The notes beneath the pieces were generated by a model. It was not told the DNA's origin. It saw only the letters and a list, made by a program, of their open reading frames with translations, and did no database searches. A stretch of DNA of 64,000 nucleotides from Paramecium tetraurelia (taxonomy: Eukaryota): assembly GCA_000165425.1 (NCBI GenBank), contig CT868241.1, positions 248,001 to 312,000 on the forward strand, written 5' to 3'. This document shows, in pieces, positions 1 through 13,900 of this stretch (the first letter of the stretch is position 1; each line of letters opens with the position of its first letter). The position numbers and the translations under genes were made by a program.

Positions 1-848
1 TCATACTATTGATGTGTAAGTAACTCTCCGTTGAAATCAAAGCACATATCGTCTTGACTTTCTAATTCGCCTACTTATTTGTTAATATCATTAAACAAAG
101 CTTTATATGCATCTTTCTAGTCTGTGACGTATCTCCAAATTCTGACATTGTTATCTTTAGCGAAATTCCCTGAGAATGTATGCACTGTTCTTTATATCAA
201 ATTTTAATAATCTTTGAATTTCATGTTTCTATCTACTTGCAGAACCTCACTATCGAATGTTTGTCTCTGCATTCTGTCTTAAGATATTTATTTGATAATA
301 GAGGGATAAAGCAAGACGCATTTAATCTAAAGATGAATACATTATAAATACTCGTAACAAATTTACAGCCACTTATTTGTCCTTGCCACTGCCATTCGAA
401 CTTCTGATTATTGCAGTGTTTGAATAATATGATGTAAAAAATTCCCAAATTTCTTTATCAATAACTACATAGTCCACATTTTCTTATAAATCTTGTTTCA
501 TGTAAGTATTCCATGGATGATTGCTGATTGGATAGTACTTAAAACATTTCTACACATTATCCTCCAAATCATCGTTAATTCTTTCGAGTGTGATTCTTCC
601 AAAGTATTTACAGGGTGCTTTGTTAGCCACGATCTCATCATAGGAAACGTATTGCTTCCATTGATTTAGCCATCTTATATTTTCCATTTAAAATACTTAG
701 TGCTTAAAACATAAAACTAGGTGTTGGCGTCTGATGAGAATCTCTTACAAAACGTTTCTTGAAGCTTCTTGTACTCCAGCGCTTGCTTCTTCAACTTATC
801 AGCTGTATGTTGCGACACCTGAATGTCATTGAATTTCTCCTCTTGCAT
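1..848 (-). CDS. Ubiquitin-specific protease, N-terminal DUSP domain (USP4/11/15-like); 3' part runs off the window
   Basis: Code-6 translation from ATG 848: MQEEKFNDIQ...QFYVLSTKWLNQWKQYVSYD...INDDL...LQENVDYVVIDKEIWEFFTSYY, which is the DUSP signature (Y.L...W...WK.YV / L.E..DY......W..F...Y). Contains short GT-AG introns. The catalytic domain is not in the window. Confidence 0.8.
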
Positions 849-1010
849 AAATTTTTTAATAAAATTAGAATTTAATATAGTTGATATTTAAACAATTATA
901 AATCAAGGTTTTCTTACTTTTTCTATAAGATTTTAATTATTCAATTGATCAACCCCAATATAAAAATGTTATATCAAATAAATTAAAATTTATGTGATAA
1001 TAAATTTAAT

Positions 1011-1992
1011 ATGAATTATAATTATTATCGAACTCAACACGATAATTTAAGAGTGATACATTAGAATTCACTCTCTGTTGGGAAATTGAAAAAGGGAATT
1101 GTATTTCAGAATTATCCTTTCAATCCAGTTTAGGGTTATAACTCAACATTTTAGGTGCGTCCACAAACATCTTAAACCTAACCTGTCAAGAAACCCTCCA
1201 CTGCTTAAGTGATAATAAATAAATAACCAAATAGTCGATTCGCCATGTTCCGAGAGCCGCAACTTCTCAGAGTCAGCGGTAACCTAATATGCTCTTTTCA
1301 GAGTAACCTAATAATCTTGAGATGGAGACAAAGCCAAGTAAGAGATTTATGAAGATATACTTTATGAAAAGTAATCTCGCCTGCCTAATTTAGCCAACTA
1401 TCGAACAATTCTACACAATCTCATGAATAATAAAGTTAAGGCACTCCCCCCTGGAGACAGGAGGAGACTATCCGTACTTAACATAGTGTAAGACAAGTTT
1501 AAAGAACTTACTATCTCAGAGATTAATCTCTTGATCTGTCAACACGAACTCTCTGAAAAGTTCTATATCTATTTTTCAGGTACAAACCACCATCTAACTT
1601 TAGATTCTGAATGGATTCCATGCAGCAAATGTTGTCAATCACCAATATTCTTGGTTTTAAGTCCACAAGCACAAAAAACAGACATATTTTGCTGTCAATG
1701 TTCTCGAAATCTATAAAATCCCCCTTAATCAGCCTTTTAGAGCACTACGCTCATTCCTAAACAATCATTTTCACAATATGGCCATTCATTGTAGGAGCAG
1801 AAGGAAAGACAAAAGGTGAGCAGGATGATAATATCAGGAAAATATCGAAAGGTTAACTTGAAGGAAATATATAATGAAGTCTAAGAACCTTAGCAAAAGG
1901 AAGAATCTTTCAATATTGAATTCCCTGTCAAAGAGAAACAATAAGAGAGCACTATTTTAGAGTTGAAAGACTTAATTAATGAATTATTCTGA
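1011..1992 (+). CDS. Hypothetical protein with a CxxC..CxxC cluster
   Basis: Open under code 6 with tiny introns; contains WIPCSKCCQ...FCCQCSRN and ends ELKDLINELF-TGA at 1990-1992. Intron boundaries near the 5' end are uncertain. Confidence 0.6.
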
Positions 1993-2008
1993 TTTAATTA
2001 TACAAGCA

Positions 2009-4194
2009 TCATTGCAATCTATATATCGTACCATTTACCAGGTCATCAAAATTATAATTTTCATTCTCATTTTATTTTGACTCCTTCTAAAGGAATCTAT
2101 ATTTAATTTCATCTAATATACCAAAGAATTTTGCTTATAATCTAATATAGTTATTTCGATACTTATTTTATTTAATATAAATCTTTGAGGCATTCTGAGA
2201 CTAAAATATCCTCTCCAAAAGATAAACAATCTAAAATTACATTAATTTAAGTACTCTTTAAATATAGTTTGGTATGGTTTAATATATGATTATGGCTATG
2301 ATGCTTATCGTTTCCACAAACTAAGACTTATCAAGGTATACTTAATCAGAATACTCCTGTCCTTCTTAATTAAGTGAGGCAACTGAATAAAATACCTAAG
2401 TTAATTAAGTTTGTGAAATTAAAATATTTGAGAGTTCAAAATCTTAACAAAATTTTAAAAATTCTGGGAGACTTAAGATTTAATTTTATTATTATTTAGA
2501 ATATTCTTAAAAATACCAATTAAAAACAGGTTAGATTATTTCATATAATTAAATCTAATTTAATAGTTTAATAATAATACAATCTGATCATCCTATAGGA
2601 GTTCAACCAAAATTTACAATATTTATTCTTTATTTTCATCAGAAATCTATTTCTCTAGTGGTAATAAATGCTATTAAATGAGATCACTCACTTCCATGCC
2701 GCACTTATCTGCTATCAACCCAATGCTTGATTAAAGCTAAGCAAATGTCATCTTCCCATTCGTTAACTAATTGTTTTTTTATGATGTTTTTATAGATTGA
2801 GCCCCACAGAGCTTTGAATAAATCACATCAGCTTCAGTTTATGGTATAATATTATTCAGAATTCCAGTGTGCAATAATAATTTGTTAAATTTACTTTTTT
2901 GTAGAGATTATATATTAGTTGGTTCTCCACTTTAAGCATAAAATTCAAACAGTCTCTTTAGAGATGTAAGAGTTTATTAATCAATTTCCAACATAACCTT
3001 AGATTACTTCATTAATGATATATTTGCTCTACTTTCATTCGACTTCGAATTAGTACTTCCAACATAGGTATTTTAATTATTTGCATGAGTTACATAATTA
3101 TTTTAACTACTGTTCATTATTTGACTTTATTAATTATAATTATCCCATTTACACAATCTACTTTTCTCAATATTGTAAAACAATCTTCCTTTATCACTTT
3201 AAGTTCTATTCAATTTTAGAAGGTATTAACTAAAAGCCTATGAATTTTCAATTTTATCTAAAAGCAATCTAAATTAAGTGAACTCATCTAGATTTGGTAT
3301 AGCTTTAGAGATAATTATTAAACTTTCTACAAAGTTATTCAGGGTGAATATATAGTTTCCAGTTTCCTATAAATTGAATAGAGGTTATCGAATCTAAATA
3401 TTATCAAATATCATCTAAGCTTAAGATTAATTTATGTAATTTGGCAATAATTCACATAAGTTCAAGAACTGCATGAACTACCATTATACTTTACTTAAAT
3501 TCGAACTTTGATCCTCAAAGATAAATTTATGTAGATTTGTTAATTGTTATAAGATTGGCATAACAAATTCCTTCATTTCGTGATTGATGGGTTACAATAC
3601 AAATTGTATCTATTGTCCGAATTCAGTAAAATTCAATATTTTTTGTGACAGGATAGACAAATACTCATTGTACAAATTTAAAAAAGCTTAACGTACATTC
3701 TGTTATGGATATATCATCATAGCCAATTTAGGAATTAGATTTTAAAATTATTCGAGCGTGAGACTTTCATTATTCTTTGTGTGAGAGGCATACAAAATCT
3801 CGCAATCCCTATTGGATAACAATTGAGGTGATATCTGAGCGTCGGAGAGCATTTTAATAAATTTATTAGACTTAAGAAATCGAGTGTTGTTTCGATTACC
3901 AAAACTAGTGTAAAATTTGAATACTATTCGAATATTCAGTTTTATATCTTCTATTACTATGGCTTTTTTCTCGGGTGACCGAGTTTTACTTTAAGATATG
4001 ATCGATTAACGAGTATTGGCTAGTGTTTCATTTAATTATTCTGCAATCACAGGCATTCCGAGATTCATTTTAATTTTGGAACATTATATCATCTGTTGAT
4101 TGTCCTTTTGTAAATATTGATTGAAAGAATCCAATTCATTTTCATCTATGTTTTATGTTTTCCTTTATCTATCCTGTATCATTTTGGTTATCAT
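2009..4194 (-). CDS. p25-alpha/TPPP-like repeat protein (putative microtubule-associated)
   Basis: Two similar units: VFKFYTSFGNRNNTRFLKSNKFIKMLSDAQI..RDCEILY..LTLEQF..LA and YAQSGEPTNIQSLQKSKFNKLLLHTGI..EADVIY..KMTFAQL..IA, matching the p25-alpha pattern. The start codon is uncertain. Confidence 0.6.
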
Positions 4195-4226
4195 AATCGT
4201 TAATAAAAATAAATAATTAGTATTTG

Positions 4227-5137
4227 TCATATGGAATCCTATTATTTGCTTCTATCATCTTTCCTATTTTTGTACATCTTTCCAAATTAAATTATTTCAT
4301 TTTCGAACGAGTCCACTTAATTGTCCTCTTACGGCCCCATTTAAGGTGTTTCATAATAATCAACTATTTACTGCCCATCAGTCAACCTATTCAAAACATG
4401 TCGAAAAGGCTTTATGTATGCTTTATCCTATTGGTTTATCTTGTACACTTACAGCAATAGTGATGTTGATTAGTTATAGGTTCTTTAATTGGCTGTGCTT
4501 TTCTTCAATAAATTATTTAATAGTCAAAAGCATAACTAGAGCAGTATAGCATTTTGAATTTATTTAAGCTTCAGATGAAATCACAGGGAAACTTACAGAG
4601 CTTAATCCCAAATCATTACACTACATAGATAAAGCTATATACTAAAAGAAGGGTTTTCTTTATGGAATGCTATATATACTATTTTTCGTTCTAGCCTGTA
4701 TATTCCTATATGCTGCTCTCTATAGAATCATCTCCATTATATTAAAATGATCTCATCTATCTTCGTATTTATTGATCGTAATCGATTTCATAGAGCGGTG
4801 GCAAGAGTGCAAAGAAAATAAAATCAAAATCTAATTCTTCTGCATGTGTATAGATAACATCTCCAAAATCTATAGTCTATTTCTTTCTCTAACAACTGAG
4901 TAGATTTTCATACATTTGTTTCCCACCCATTTTAAGGATTTGCCGTGAGAGATGGCTGGTGACATTAAATTGAGGATCAGCCATAGCTACAACAGCATCT
5001 ACATTTTCATCAATCAATTTCCCTTAGGTTAACTTTATTGTGATATTATGGATGATTTTCTCCATAATCAATTGAGTAGAATGAGTTTCTTATTGTACTT
5101 AAGTATTTTATTCATAAACACAGCAATACTATCCCAT
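4227..5137 (-). CDS. Divergent macrodomain protein with an N-terminal MGQYCC acylation motif
   Basis: ITIKLTQGKLIDENVDAVVAMAD..ILKMGG..FGDVIYTHA..FIFFALLP..CNDLGLSSVSFPVISS follows macrodomain topology; 2 short introns; TGA at 4227-4229. Confidence 0.75.
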
Positions 5138-5163
5138 AAATTAAATATTAATGTATGATTAAA

Positions 5164-5512
5164 TCACTTTTTGATTTGTTTCACTATTTTCACTTCTTCT
5201 ACCAAGAAAGCTCTGATGATGCGATTTTTTAAGGCTCCAGCACTCAATACTCCTCCATATGGTCTTGATACTGTTCTTTGTCTTCTGGCAAGTTACTTAA
5301 GTTTTGTAGGTCTAATGCGTTTGAGTCCATTTAAGACAACATTCAAATTAGAATCTGCACAAGTTGAAGCACTAGTCTTTTTATTTGGGTATTAAACAAC
5401 AACGTTACCACCTAACATGGAGTATTTTAATACCTGGTGTCTTGACCTTTCTAATCTTATTAGATCTTGTATTATAGCTGGTTCTTCTACGATATGTAAT
5501 TCTTACGCCCAT
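5164..5512 (-). CDS. RPL34: 60S ribosomal protein eL34
   Basis: [28 protein letters not shown]...RTVSRPYGG...[15 protein letters not shown]; one 22-nt intron. Confidence 0.97.
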
Positions 5513-6149
5513 TTCTTAAAATCTTAATTAAAAATTTTTTTAATATTTTTATCAAAACAAAATATAGAAGAGCAACAGAAGATTAACTCTAAAATCCTAT
5601 TAAATTTGCTAAAAGTTTAACTACCATAATCCACCTAAATAAAGGAAAATAATTATTTTTCATAAATTCTTTGTTAGAAAATATACAATATATTGATTAT
5701 AATTCATATTTCACTTTTTTAATGAGCCTTTATTGATTATATTTAATTATTGACTATTAAGTAAAGTTAGATTATCCAATTATGTGAAACCATTTTTTTA
5801 AGTAAACCAAAAGAATTATAACTTGAATTGAGGATATTTAGCTTGTATAAAAATATTTTTAACTACAAAAAGAGGATAAAATAGACTAATTTAAATTGAT
5901 TTCATAACCAAATAATTTGAAAAAATGGAATGTCTTGAAATTTAAGAATATTTGAAATAGATAAATCTAAAGTAATTTATTTTACTAATTTCAAATGATA
6001 AATGATTATTGAAAAAATAGTTAAAAACCAATCTTAAAAAATTGTTTATAAAACAATAGCCAAATTAATTCAAAATCAACTAATAGAGATGATCTATTTT
6101 TTCATTATTAGTTTTAGATATATAATAAAATTATAATTATCACAAATTT

Positions 6150-7313
6150 TCAACAAATTTTATCTAGAATATTTTTTTAACTTGAATTCAATATGGCTTT
6201 CAATAAATTCCCAACTGTTTGATACCTCTTTTTGCACAATTCTAATCGCTTTCCTTAATCATTATAAGCTTTATCATCTAATCCATTAAATATTATGGTG
6301 CCATTTGGACAAGCCTAACTAAATGAGATCCATTAAATTAAAGTTTTTAATTGTTTGTCTCCTCCATAAATACCACATCCCCATTTACCAGTCGAAATAA
6401 TTTACTATTAACTGCCTTAGAATCCACTGAAAGATTTATTCAACTCTCTAAATATGGCTTCCTAAGTGAATTAATAACCTTAAGGTTTCGTAGCGAAATA
6501 TATAGCATCAATAGCAATTAAAGTTTGCCCTTTGTTTTGATATTTTGCAGGGATGCAAACAAAACTATCCTCATAGCCTCTGTATTAATTAAATTGAAGT
6601 ATTCCTGAAATTATTAAACTTTCTTTATCTCCTAGTTATGAAGTGAATAAAGAGGCAATAATGGCTTCCGGATTTATTAACAATAAAACTTCTTCTTAAA
6701 CACATCCTCTTCCAGCTGCTACCTTACCACCAAAATAGCGATCACTAAAGTCAACAATTCCACAATTCAAATGATCTTCATTCTTTTTTTTTTCAAATTT
6801 GAAATCTGAGAGTGGGAGTTGACTATTTATCCAATTAGGAACATCGACCAATGAATTTCTTTGATAAACTATTTCTGGTAAGTTGAAATACTCTGGGGAG
6901 TCAACACATTAATTAAAGTAATTGATGAGACATTTCAGCTTTTCTAGTTAACTTCCTTATAAATAATAGGTAGAAAAACTGAAATACTAAGGAAATTTGA
7001 AGTTCTATACAGATTGTTATATGGTTAATTCAAAATACATAAGACTTAGGAGTGAAAATACGGTTTTTCTGGATAAGGCAAGTGATTGATTTTGCAATAA
7101 CAACTGTATTTATGGTTTTTATTGAAGTAATTATTGAACTGATTCAATCATAAAGGGTAATGTTGTGTTTTTGAATTTTTCCTAGCATTTCATTATTTCA
7201 ATGCATTTTTCAACTTAAGGATTTACCTTGTTTGATATTGTTATTTGCTCCTGTAATTTAAACTGCTTATATTAATAATAATAATTTTAGTTTTGATTAG
7301 TGAATTGTTGCAT
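6150..7313 (-). CDS. PARG: Poly(ADP-ribose) glycohydrolase, catalytic-domain-only, about 387 aa, intronless
   Basis: VDFSDRYFGGKVAAGRGCVQEEVLLLINPE (the Q of QEE is encoded by TAA), YRGY, IAIDA, RELNK, STGKWGCGIYGGD..LK..IQW: all are canonical PARG motifs. Confidence 0.93.
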
Positions 7314-7348
7314 TTATTTTTTTATTTTAATATTATTTTAAATCTAAA
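7314..7348. promoter_or_regulatory. 35-bp AT-rich divergent intergenic region (putative bidirectional promoter/5'UTRs)
   Basis: Lies between the PARG ATG (7313, minus) and ATG 7349 (plus). Function is inferred from position only. Confidence 0.45.
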
Positions 7349-10300
7349 ATGATAAGGTTGAGGAATATTATAGGATCTGCTCTTCATATTCAGACATCTT
7401 TATTTAGGTTTTCGACCCAAGCTCCCCAACAACCTAATGATTAATTCAATAAAAAGGTATTATTCGCTGGGAAGAGTGCCGATAAACCAAAAAAATAACA
7501 TTAAAGATCAGAATAGAAACACTCATAATAACAAAAAAAAGAGGGAAATGAAAATCAGTAGCATGAATAGAGTGCTCCATACAGGCAATAGGAAAGACAT
7601 TTCGATAGATAATAATTCCATAAGTAAAAGGTTGATGAGCCTAAATTTTATAGAGGTGACAGAGATCGCAGATCACCTGATCAATAATAATAATAATAAT
7701 AAGAATAATAGGAAACTCCTAAAAAAACAGGAATATTATTTGGGAATAAAAGCAAAGATGCTAAATTGGTAGCAGCAAAATTTTAAACTAAAAGAGTTTT
7801 CAATTAAATTCTGAAGAAAAAGATAGAGAACGAAAAACAAAATGAAAAAATATTTATAGATCAACTGAATTAGGCTTAAAACATACACAACATCCATGAA
7901 AGAAACTCAAAATTAATTGATCTCTATGCAAGTCAAAGTAAATGGGATAAAGTTAAAGATATATTTAAATCAGAAAAGTAATTTAATTCTGGTGTCTATT
8001 CTGCCTATATAAATCAAACAGCCTCTCATTCTGTTGACCTTGCAGACTACGAACAACTGAAAGCCCTTATAAAAAAAGTTGGCGATAGAGCTCACAAACT
8101 CCAACCAGAAGCATTTCAATCTCTTTATTATATGATTTTCAATCTTGATTTATTTCCAAATGAAAAAGTATAAAATCTTATTAATAATCATTTTAGGCTA
8201 AAGAATTGGAGCATCTGATCAATATTGTGACAACCCATCACTTAACTCCCTAATTTGATTTAACATACTTCTAAACTCTTTTGGAGGAGTAGTCAATAGA
8301 GAATGAAAAAGCAAGCCATTTGGCGGTCATTAAAGTTTTCAATCAATATTTTGAAAGATATGTCTAACAGAACAAAGGTAAGTCAACAGTGGATTTGCCA
8401 AATCTTAACATTGCATTTGCCATAGCAGTCAAATCAACAATTCTTTATAATACAAATGATGCTTAGAATTTCCTCAATAACTTAAAAGCCTTTCAATAGC
8501 TGGCTGAAAATAATGTCAAGTTAGATGATTTAGTTAGATATGCACAATAGTAATCTTTAATTTTAATGTTAGTATTTCCTTAAAAGAGGATTCCTTCACC
8601 TAATTATTGGAATTATTCAAAGGAATCAGAAATCCTAATTTTATATTCTTATTTGAAGAAGCATTAAAGAAATTAGATGCAAATGGTAAGGAAGTCCTGG
8701 CCATTAATAAGGAATAATTGGAAAAGCTCTATTTTGAAAAAGCAGAGAACTTACCTATAAGACAAGCTGAACTTTTTGGTTTATTTGCAGATCGCTTCCA
8801 ATATCCTGAATTGACAGTTGAGATCTTCTAGAACCATAAATAAAATAAGTAAAACGAGTATTCAAGTTTCTTGTATCAAAAAGCTATTGGAGTCTTAATA
8901 GACTAATCAGGAGGAAAACACATAAGCAATGCAGTGGTATGATATTGATGAAAAATTTAAGATGACACTCATGCAAGAGGCCAATAGTTTCAAGGTTCCT
9001 TTATCTAAAGTTAACTATTAAATCAATCAATGCAAAGCTCATATTAAGGAAGGGCAATACTAATTGGCTTACAATCTTTTTACATAAAATGTCATAGAGG
9101 ATATAATTTTGGCATTTTAAAGGTATTTTATATGAAGATTTAAATTTAGAGAGAGAATCAGAAGATTTTTGTATAAATATGTTCAAAAAATTCACATAGG
9201 TACAACATTCAAATTAAAATCTAACATGAAAACATATTTCAAGAAAATTAAGCATGTGGATCATTTTGTGAAAAGTCTATCAGATAAATAATTGTTTGAT
9301 TTATATAAGGAAGAGAGATCAGATAATTTCTTATTAGAATGTTTAATTCAGTAGGAGGATGTGTTCGAATTTAATAAGTCGATTACATATAGAGAGGCTT
9401 TTAATTAAATTAAGACAGAGATTGCACATGGCGTATTTGACTATTAAAAATTGTAATTCCTATTTTTAATTTGATTAGATTGAACCCAATCACAGAGAGT
9501 GAATAAATTCTGAGAGAAGTGTTTGATAATTATGAACATTACGTTAAACTTGAAAAGAAATTGTTGTTTAATGAGAGAAAGTAGAAGAGAGTCTATAAAG
9601 TGATGAACTAACTGAGATAAAGACCTGGTTCGAAAAAAACATATGAGTAGACACTTTCTGAGTTGGAGCAATAATTTAAGAAAAGTACGATTGAATATGG
9701 TCTGATGAGAAACGATTTGATTGAATTTTCAGAAGTCGAATAGGTCTAGTAAATGTAAATAAGTAAGAATTCTAATTGATTTATGTAGAAATGAGGAAAC
9801 AATTATCTTAATTAGGTTTGCCAGTTGGAAAATACAAAGCAAATATTGTAACATTCTAGCCTTTGTAAGTTAATTCATAGTAGGAATAAGAAGATATTGA
9901 ATAAATTCCAAATGAAGCACTCAAAAAAGATGGTGAAAATCCAAAGTAAAAAGGAAAATCTTAAAAAACTGCTACATTCAAAAATGTTAATAAATTAGTT
10001 GAAGAATATTTGTCCAAAGTCAAAGAAGATTAAAAGAATTTGAGGAATATTGATAAATGGAGAAGATATCTCAAAACAATGTAAAAAGGTATTTAATTTA
10101 AATACAAATTGCAAAACGATAAAAATTTCTTAAAAAGAATGATTAGGAAAACTTATTAATGTGGGATTACTGATTAATCTATGAGAGAGTTAGTAAACCT
10201 CAAATTAAAAAAAAAAATGCTGAAGCCTAGAAGAAGATAATTGATTAGAAATAGATTAAAAGAAAAGCCCTCTAAATTGTCAGTATTTATCAATGGAAGT

Positions 10301-10846
10301 GTTTCATAAAATGACTTCGAATTTATGAAATACATTTACTACAATGCTTATACCTAATATGATGAATACATTAATGTGCCTCCAAGCAATTATCAAAATG
10401 AGATTTGGGATTTATTGGCCTGGGGTGTATAACACTAAGAACCAATGGGTATTGAATTAGATTAACCACTTTAGCTGTGAAATTAGGAGAATTGTATAGT
10501 AATACTTGCGGTGCTAAAATGCCTGAATACCTAGCAAGGTTGGTGGCCAACTTTTATAAATGTGAAGTTGGAGAAAACAGTAATCAATAAGTTTATAGTA
10601 TATCTAGGTTCTGAGATTCGATAGAGATGGATTAAATCATTGGAAATCGTGAATGACATTAGTACTCATAAAGTGTATTCACATACAAACGATCAAGCAT
10701 TTGTGTCCCTCTAAGATGTCGAGTTCTTACATGTATTGGAATGCAAATAGGAGTACAAAGGAATATGCAGAGCATTATTAAATACAACTCATTCCTATCG
10801 TAAGAATGTGAGATACGGTGTAACATAAAAAGAATTGTTAGTGTGA
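7349..10846 (+). CDS. Large (about 1100 aa) hypothetical protein with a mitochondrial-presequence-like N-terminus
   Basis: MIRLRNIIGSALHIQTSLFRFSTQ (Arg-rich, no acidic residues, R-F-S cleavage-like motif), then a Q/K/E-rich stretch and a helical body. Several 23-28 nt introns (e.g. 9123-9149). Ends KELLV-TGA. Confidence 0.7.
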
Positions 10847-10924
10847 TTTAATAAGAGATATATTAAAAACAACAAAATTGATAAAAATAAACGAAGTTAT
10901 TCAATAATAATTATGTTCTTGTTG

Positions 10925-13900
10925 TCATTTATTATTAAAAAAATCATTCTCCATCTTCTCCATTTCAACAGCCTATTGTAAAATGTGAATATCTTTATTG
11001 CCTTAATCTATTTCTTATTGAACTATTTCTTCATGATCAGGCATTATCGGAGGAATCATTCTGTCAATTATAGAAATGGCATATTTCACAAAGAATATTT
11101 GTAATCCAATAGTAAATACAATGATCGATGAAATTCCCCATCCAACATCAATTTTCTATTGCTTGCTGCTTGAATCATCATTAAATGCCAAAATAACCAA
11201 AGTAATCAGGGTCATACTTACATCATAGGCAACCTCCCTAATGAACAATTCAATATAGTAGATAGGAATAACATTGGCAGATAGTGAATAGAATCCCAGT
11301 CTCACTAATACTAAAATACCAATTTATGGGTACACTGTCAAAGCTACTAAGGAGATAGCTATCATAATCTTTTATAAGTAAGGCACAAGTGCGAAAAATT
11401 TAGTATAAGGTGTAGTAAAGAGTAATCCATCAAAAAATTCTCCAAAGTAATCATAAACCTATTTTACTCTTATTATATGGGGATTTCTTATCAATTTAAA
11501 AATAATTAATACAATGGCTACTAAAATTAGGATTGCAAATAAAATTGACATCAAAAAATTAATAATTCCATAACCATTTGAAAAGTCAGGATAGAATAAA
11601 TTTAAGACAATACTCAATACGAGATCCATGAAAAATATTTCCACAAATATAGTCAACCCTTAACATCTGAAATATTTATGGACTTACTCAGCATAATATT
11701 CAATATCTGGATCTGGTACAAACCTATAAAAGAGTTCATTTATCCCAAGCAATACAAGCAAACCTGCAAAAACAGTCAAGAATCGACCACCTCCTTCAGA
11801 AAGCATTTAAGTATTGTATTCATAATATTGAAATTTCGGAGGAGCATCAAATTGACTGCAATCATTTTAAATTAGATCAAAAAAGTTAGGCATGAAAGTA
11901 AGATTAAAGTAATCCAAAACTGTGAATATCTATTCTGTGTTGTATCCCATTCTGATATTGATATATCTCAACATACTGATCATTTAAACGAATTCAATGG
12001 TTTTTCTAATTCTGCCTTCTCCTATCCTATAGTAATAGTAAAATCCTGAAAGCAAACCAAAAATGCAAACAACAAATAAAATATATGCAACAGCAATTGA
12101 AAGTTCCTTTTCTCCGCTAGTATAATAAATATAATAAGGTAAGGAAGTTGACAGTAAGTAGGATTCACTCTTATTAGTTTCTTCTAATAGTCGTCTATCT
12201 TGAGAAGTTTGATTGACTAAAGACCAATCAAAGATGTCCTATATTAATGATGCATTATTGAAGGTAATATTGGCCATAAGATCTTGTATAGTCAATTAAT
12301 AATAGAAAGTAATTTGGATGGTCTAATTTCTGAATGAGGAAACAGAATACTCAAAAGGAATGAATGCATTACTTCTGTCATGCTAAATTATAATACCTTC
12401 ATCATTGACTTCTTCAAATTCCTTAAACTTTAGAGATTCTAATTCAGGAATTATGATACTGGTGAGAGCACTATAATCGATTCCATCTTTCATAGGTCTT
12501 GAAAAATGAATATAGATAATATTGGTGTACACTTTGCTCCATTCAACGGTAAGTTGAGGAGGTGCTTTTAAAAAGCAAACATCAGGACCTTAAGGATCAT
12601 AAAGAATACAGTCCCAATTTAATTCTATCTTGCAAACTTCATCGCATCCATCCAAAGGTTTGATATCTCCATCATCACATCTTTCTTATGGATGATGCAA
12701 ACCGTCTCCACATAATAATGGTATGAGTTGACAAGAGCTACCATCTCTATAGTAGCCATCCGAACATAAGAGGCAATCTCCATCCTGGCTTTCACATTTC
12801 AGACATTAATCTCCCATATTACATGGCAAACAAGTAGAAGTCTCTTCATCCAAATAGTATTTATCAATGCAAGCATAACATGTCATTGTATCACAATCAG
12901 CACATGGAGATTAACAAGGAATACATTGATTACCCAACATGGCATTAGGCTGGTCATAGAATCCGATTGGACAATGAGAATAACACTTTCCATTTGATAA
13001 ATAATGATCATAATTGCATCGTACACAAGTTTGTTAATTTAGACATTAAGAACAATTGGATGCACATTCTGAACATACATTATTATCAGGATAATATCCA
13101 GATGGACAACCTGGATAACACTAGGTGCCTAGTTGGTAAAACATTGTTAAACAAGTGTCACATGTATTAGTTGATGTACAAATTGCACAGTTGCTCAGAC
13201 ATTTGAAACATAAGTCGTGAGACTATGTTTGTTTAATACATCCATAACCAGATTCAATCTTACAATATTATGAACATCCATCTCCATCATCAACATTATT
13301 ATCATCACATTACTCAGTATTATCTCTGATGCCATCACCACAATTAAGGATACAAGTATCTTTCCCTGCTTATGATCCACCTTAACATTAATATAAATTC
13401 TCTATTATGCACATTTCATTGCATCCATCTCCACCCAACACATTCCCATCATCGCACTTCTCATTTGAAATCTTGATTCCATCACCACATATGGATGAGC
13501 AAATGTTACCTACGCAACTATATCCAATCTCTATTTTGCATTATTTCGAACACCCATCTCCGTTCAAAGTATTACCATCATCACATTCCTCAGTTGATTT
13601 CTATATTCCATCCCCACAAATATCAGGAATAGCCTTACATTTATCTGCTGTAGTATCACTACCACCAGTACATACATAATCTGTATCTATTTTGCAATTA
13701 CTGCACCCATCATTGTTCACAGCGTTTCCATCATCGCATTCTTCTCCTTGATTTCTGACTCCATTTCCACATGTTTTGCTACACACACTAGGTGTTCCAG
13801 AACAGACCCAACCGACATCAGTAACACAATCTGAGCATCCATCTGAAGATGTGTTATTTGAATCATCACAGTCTTCTCCTGCATTAATAATTCCATTTCC

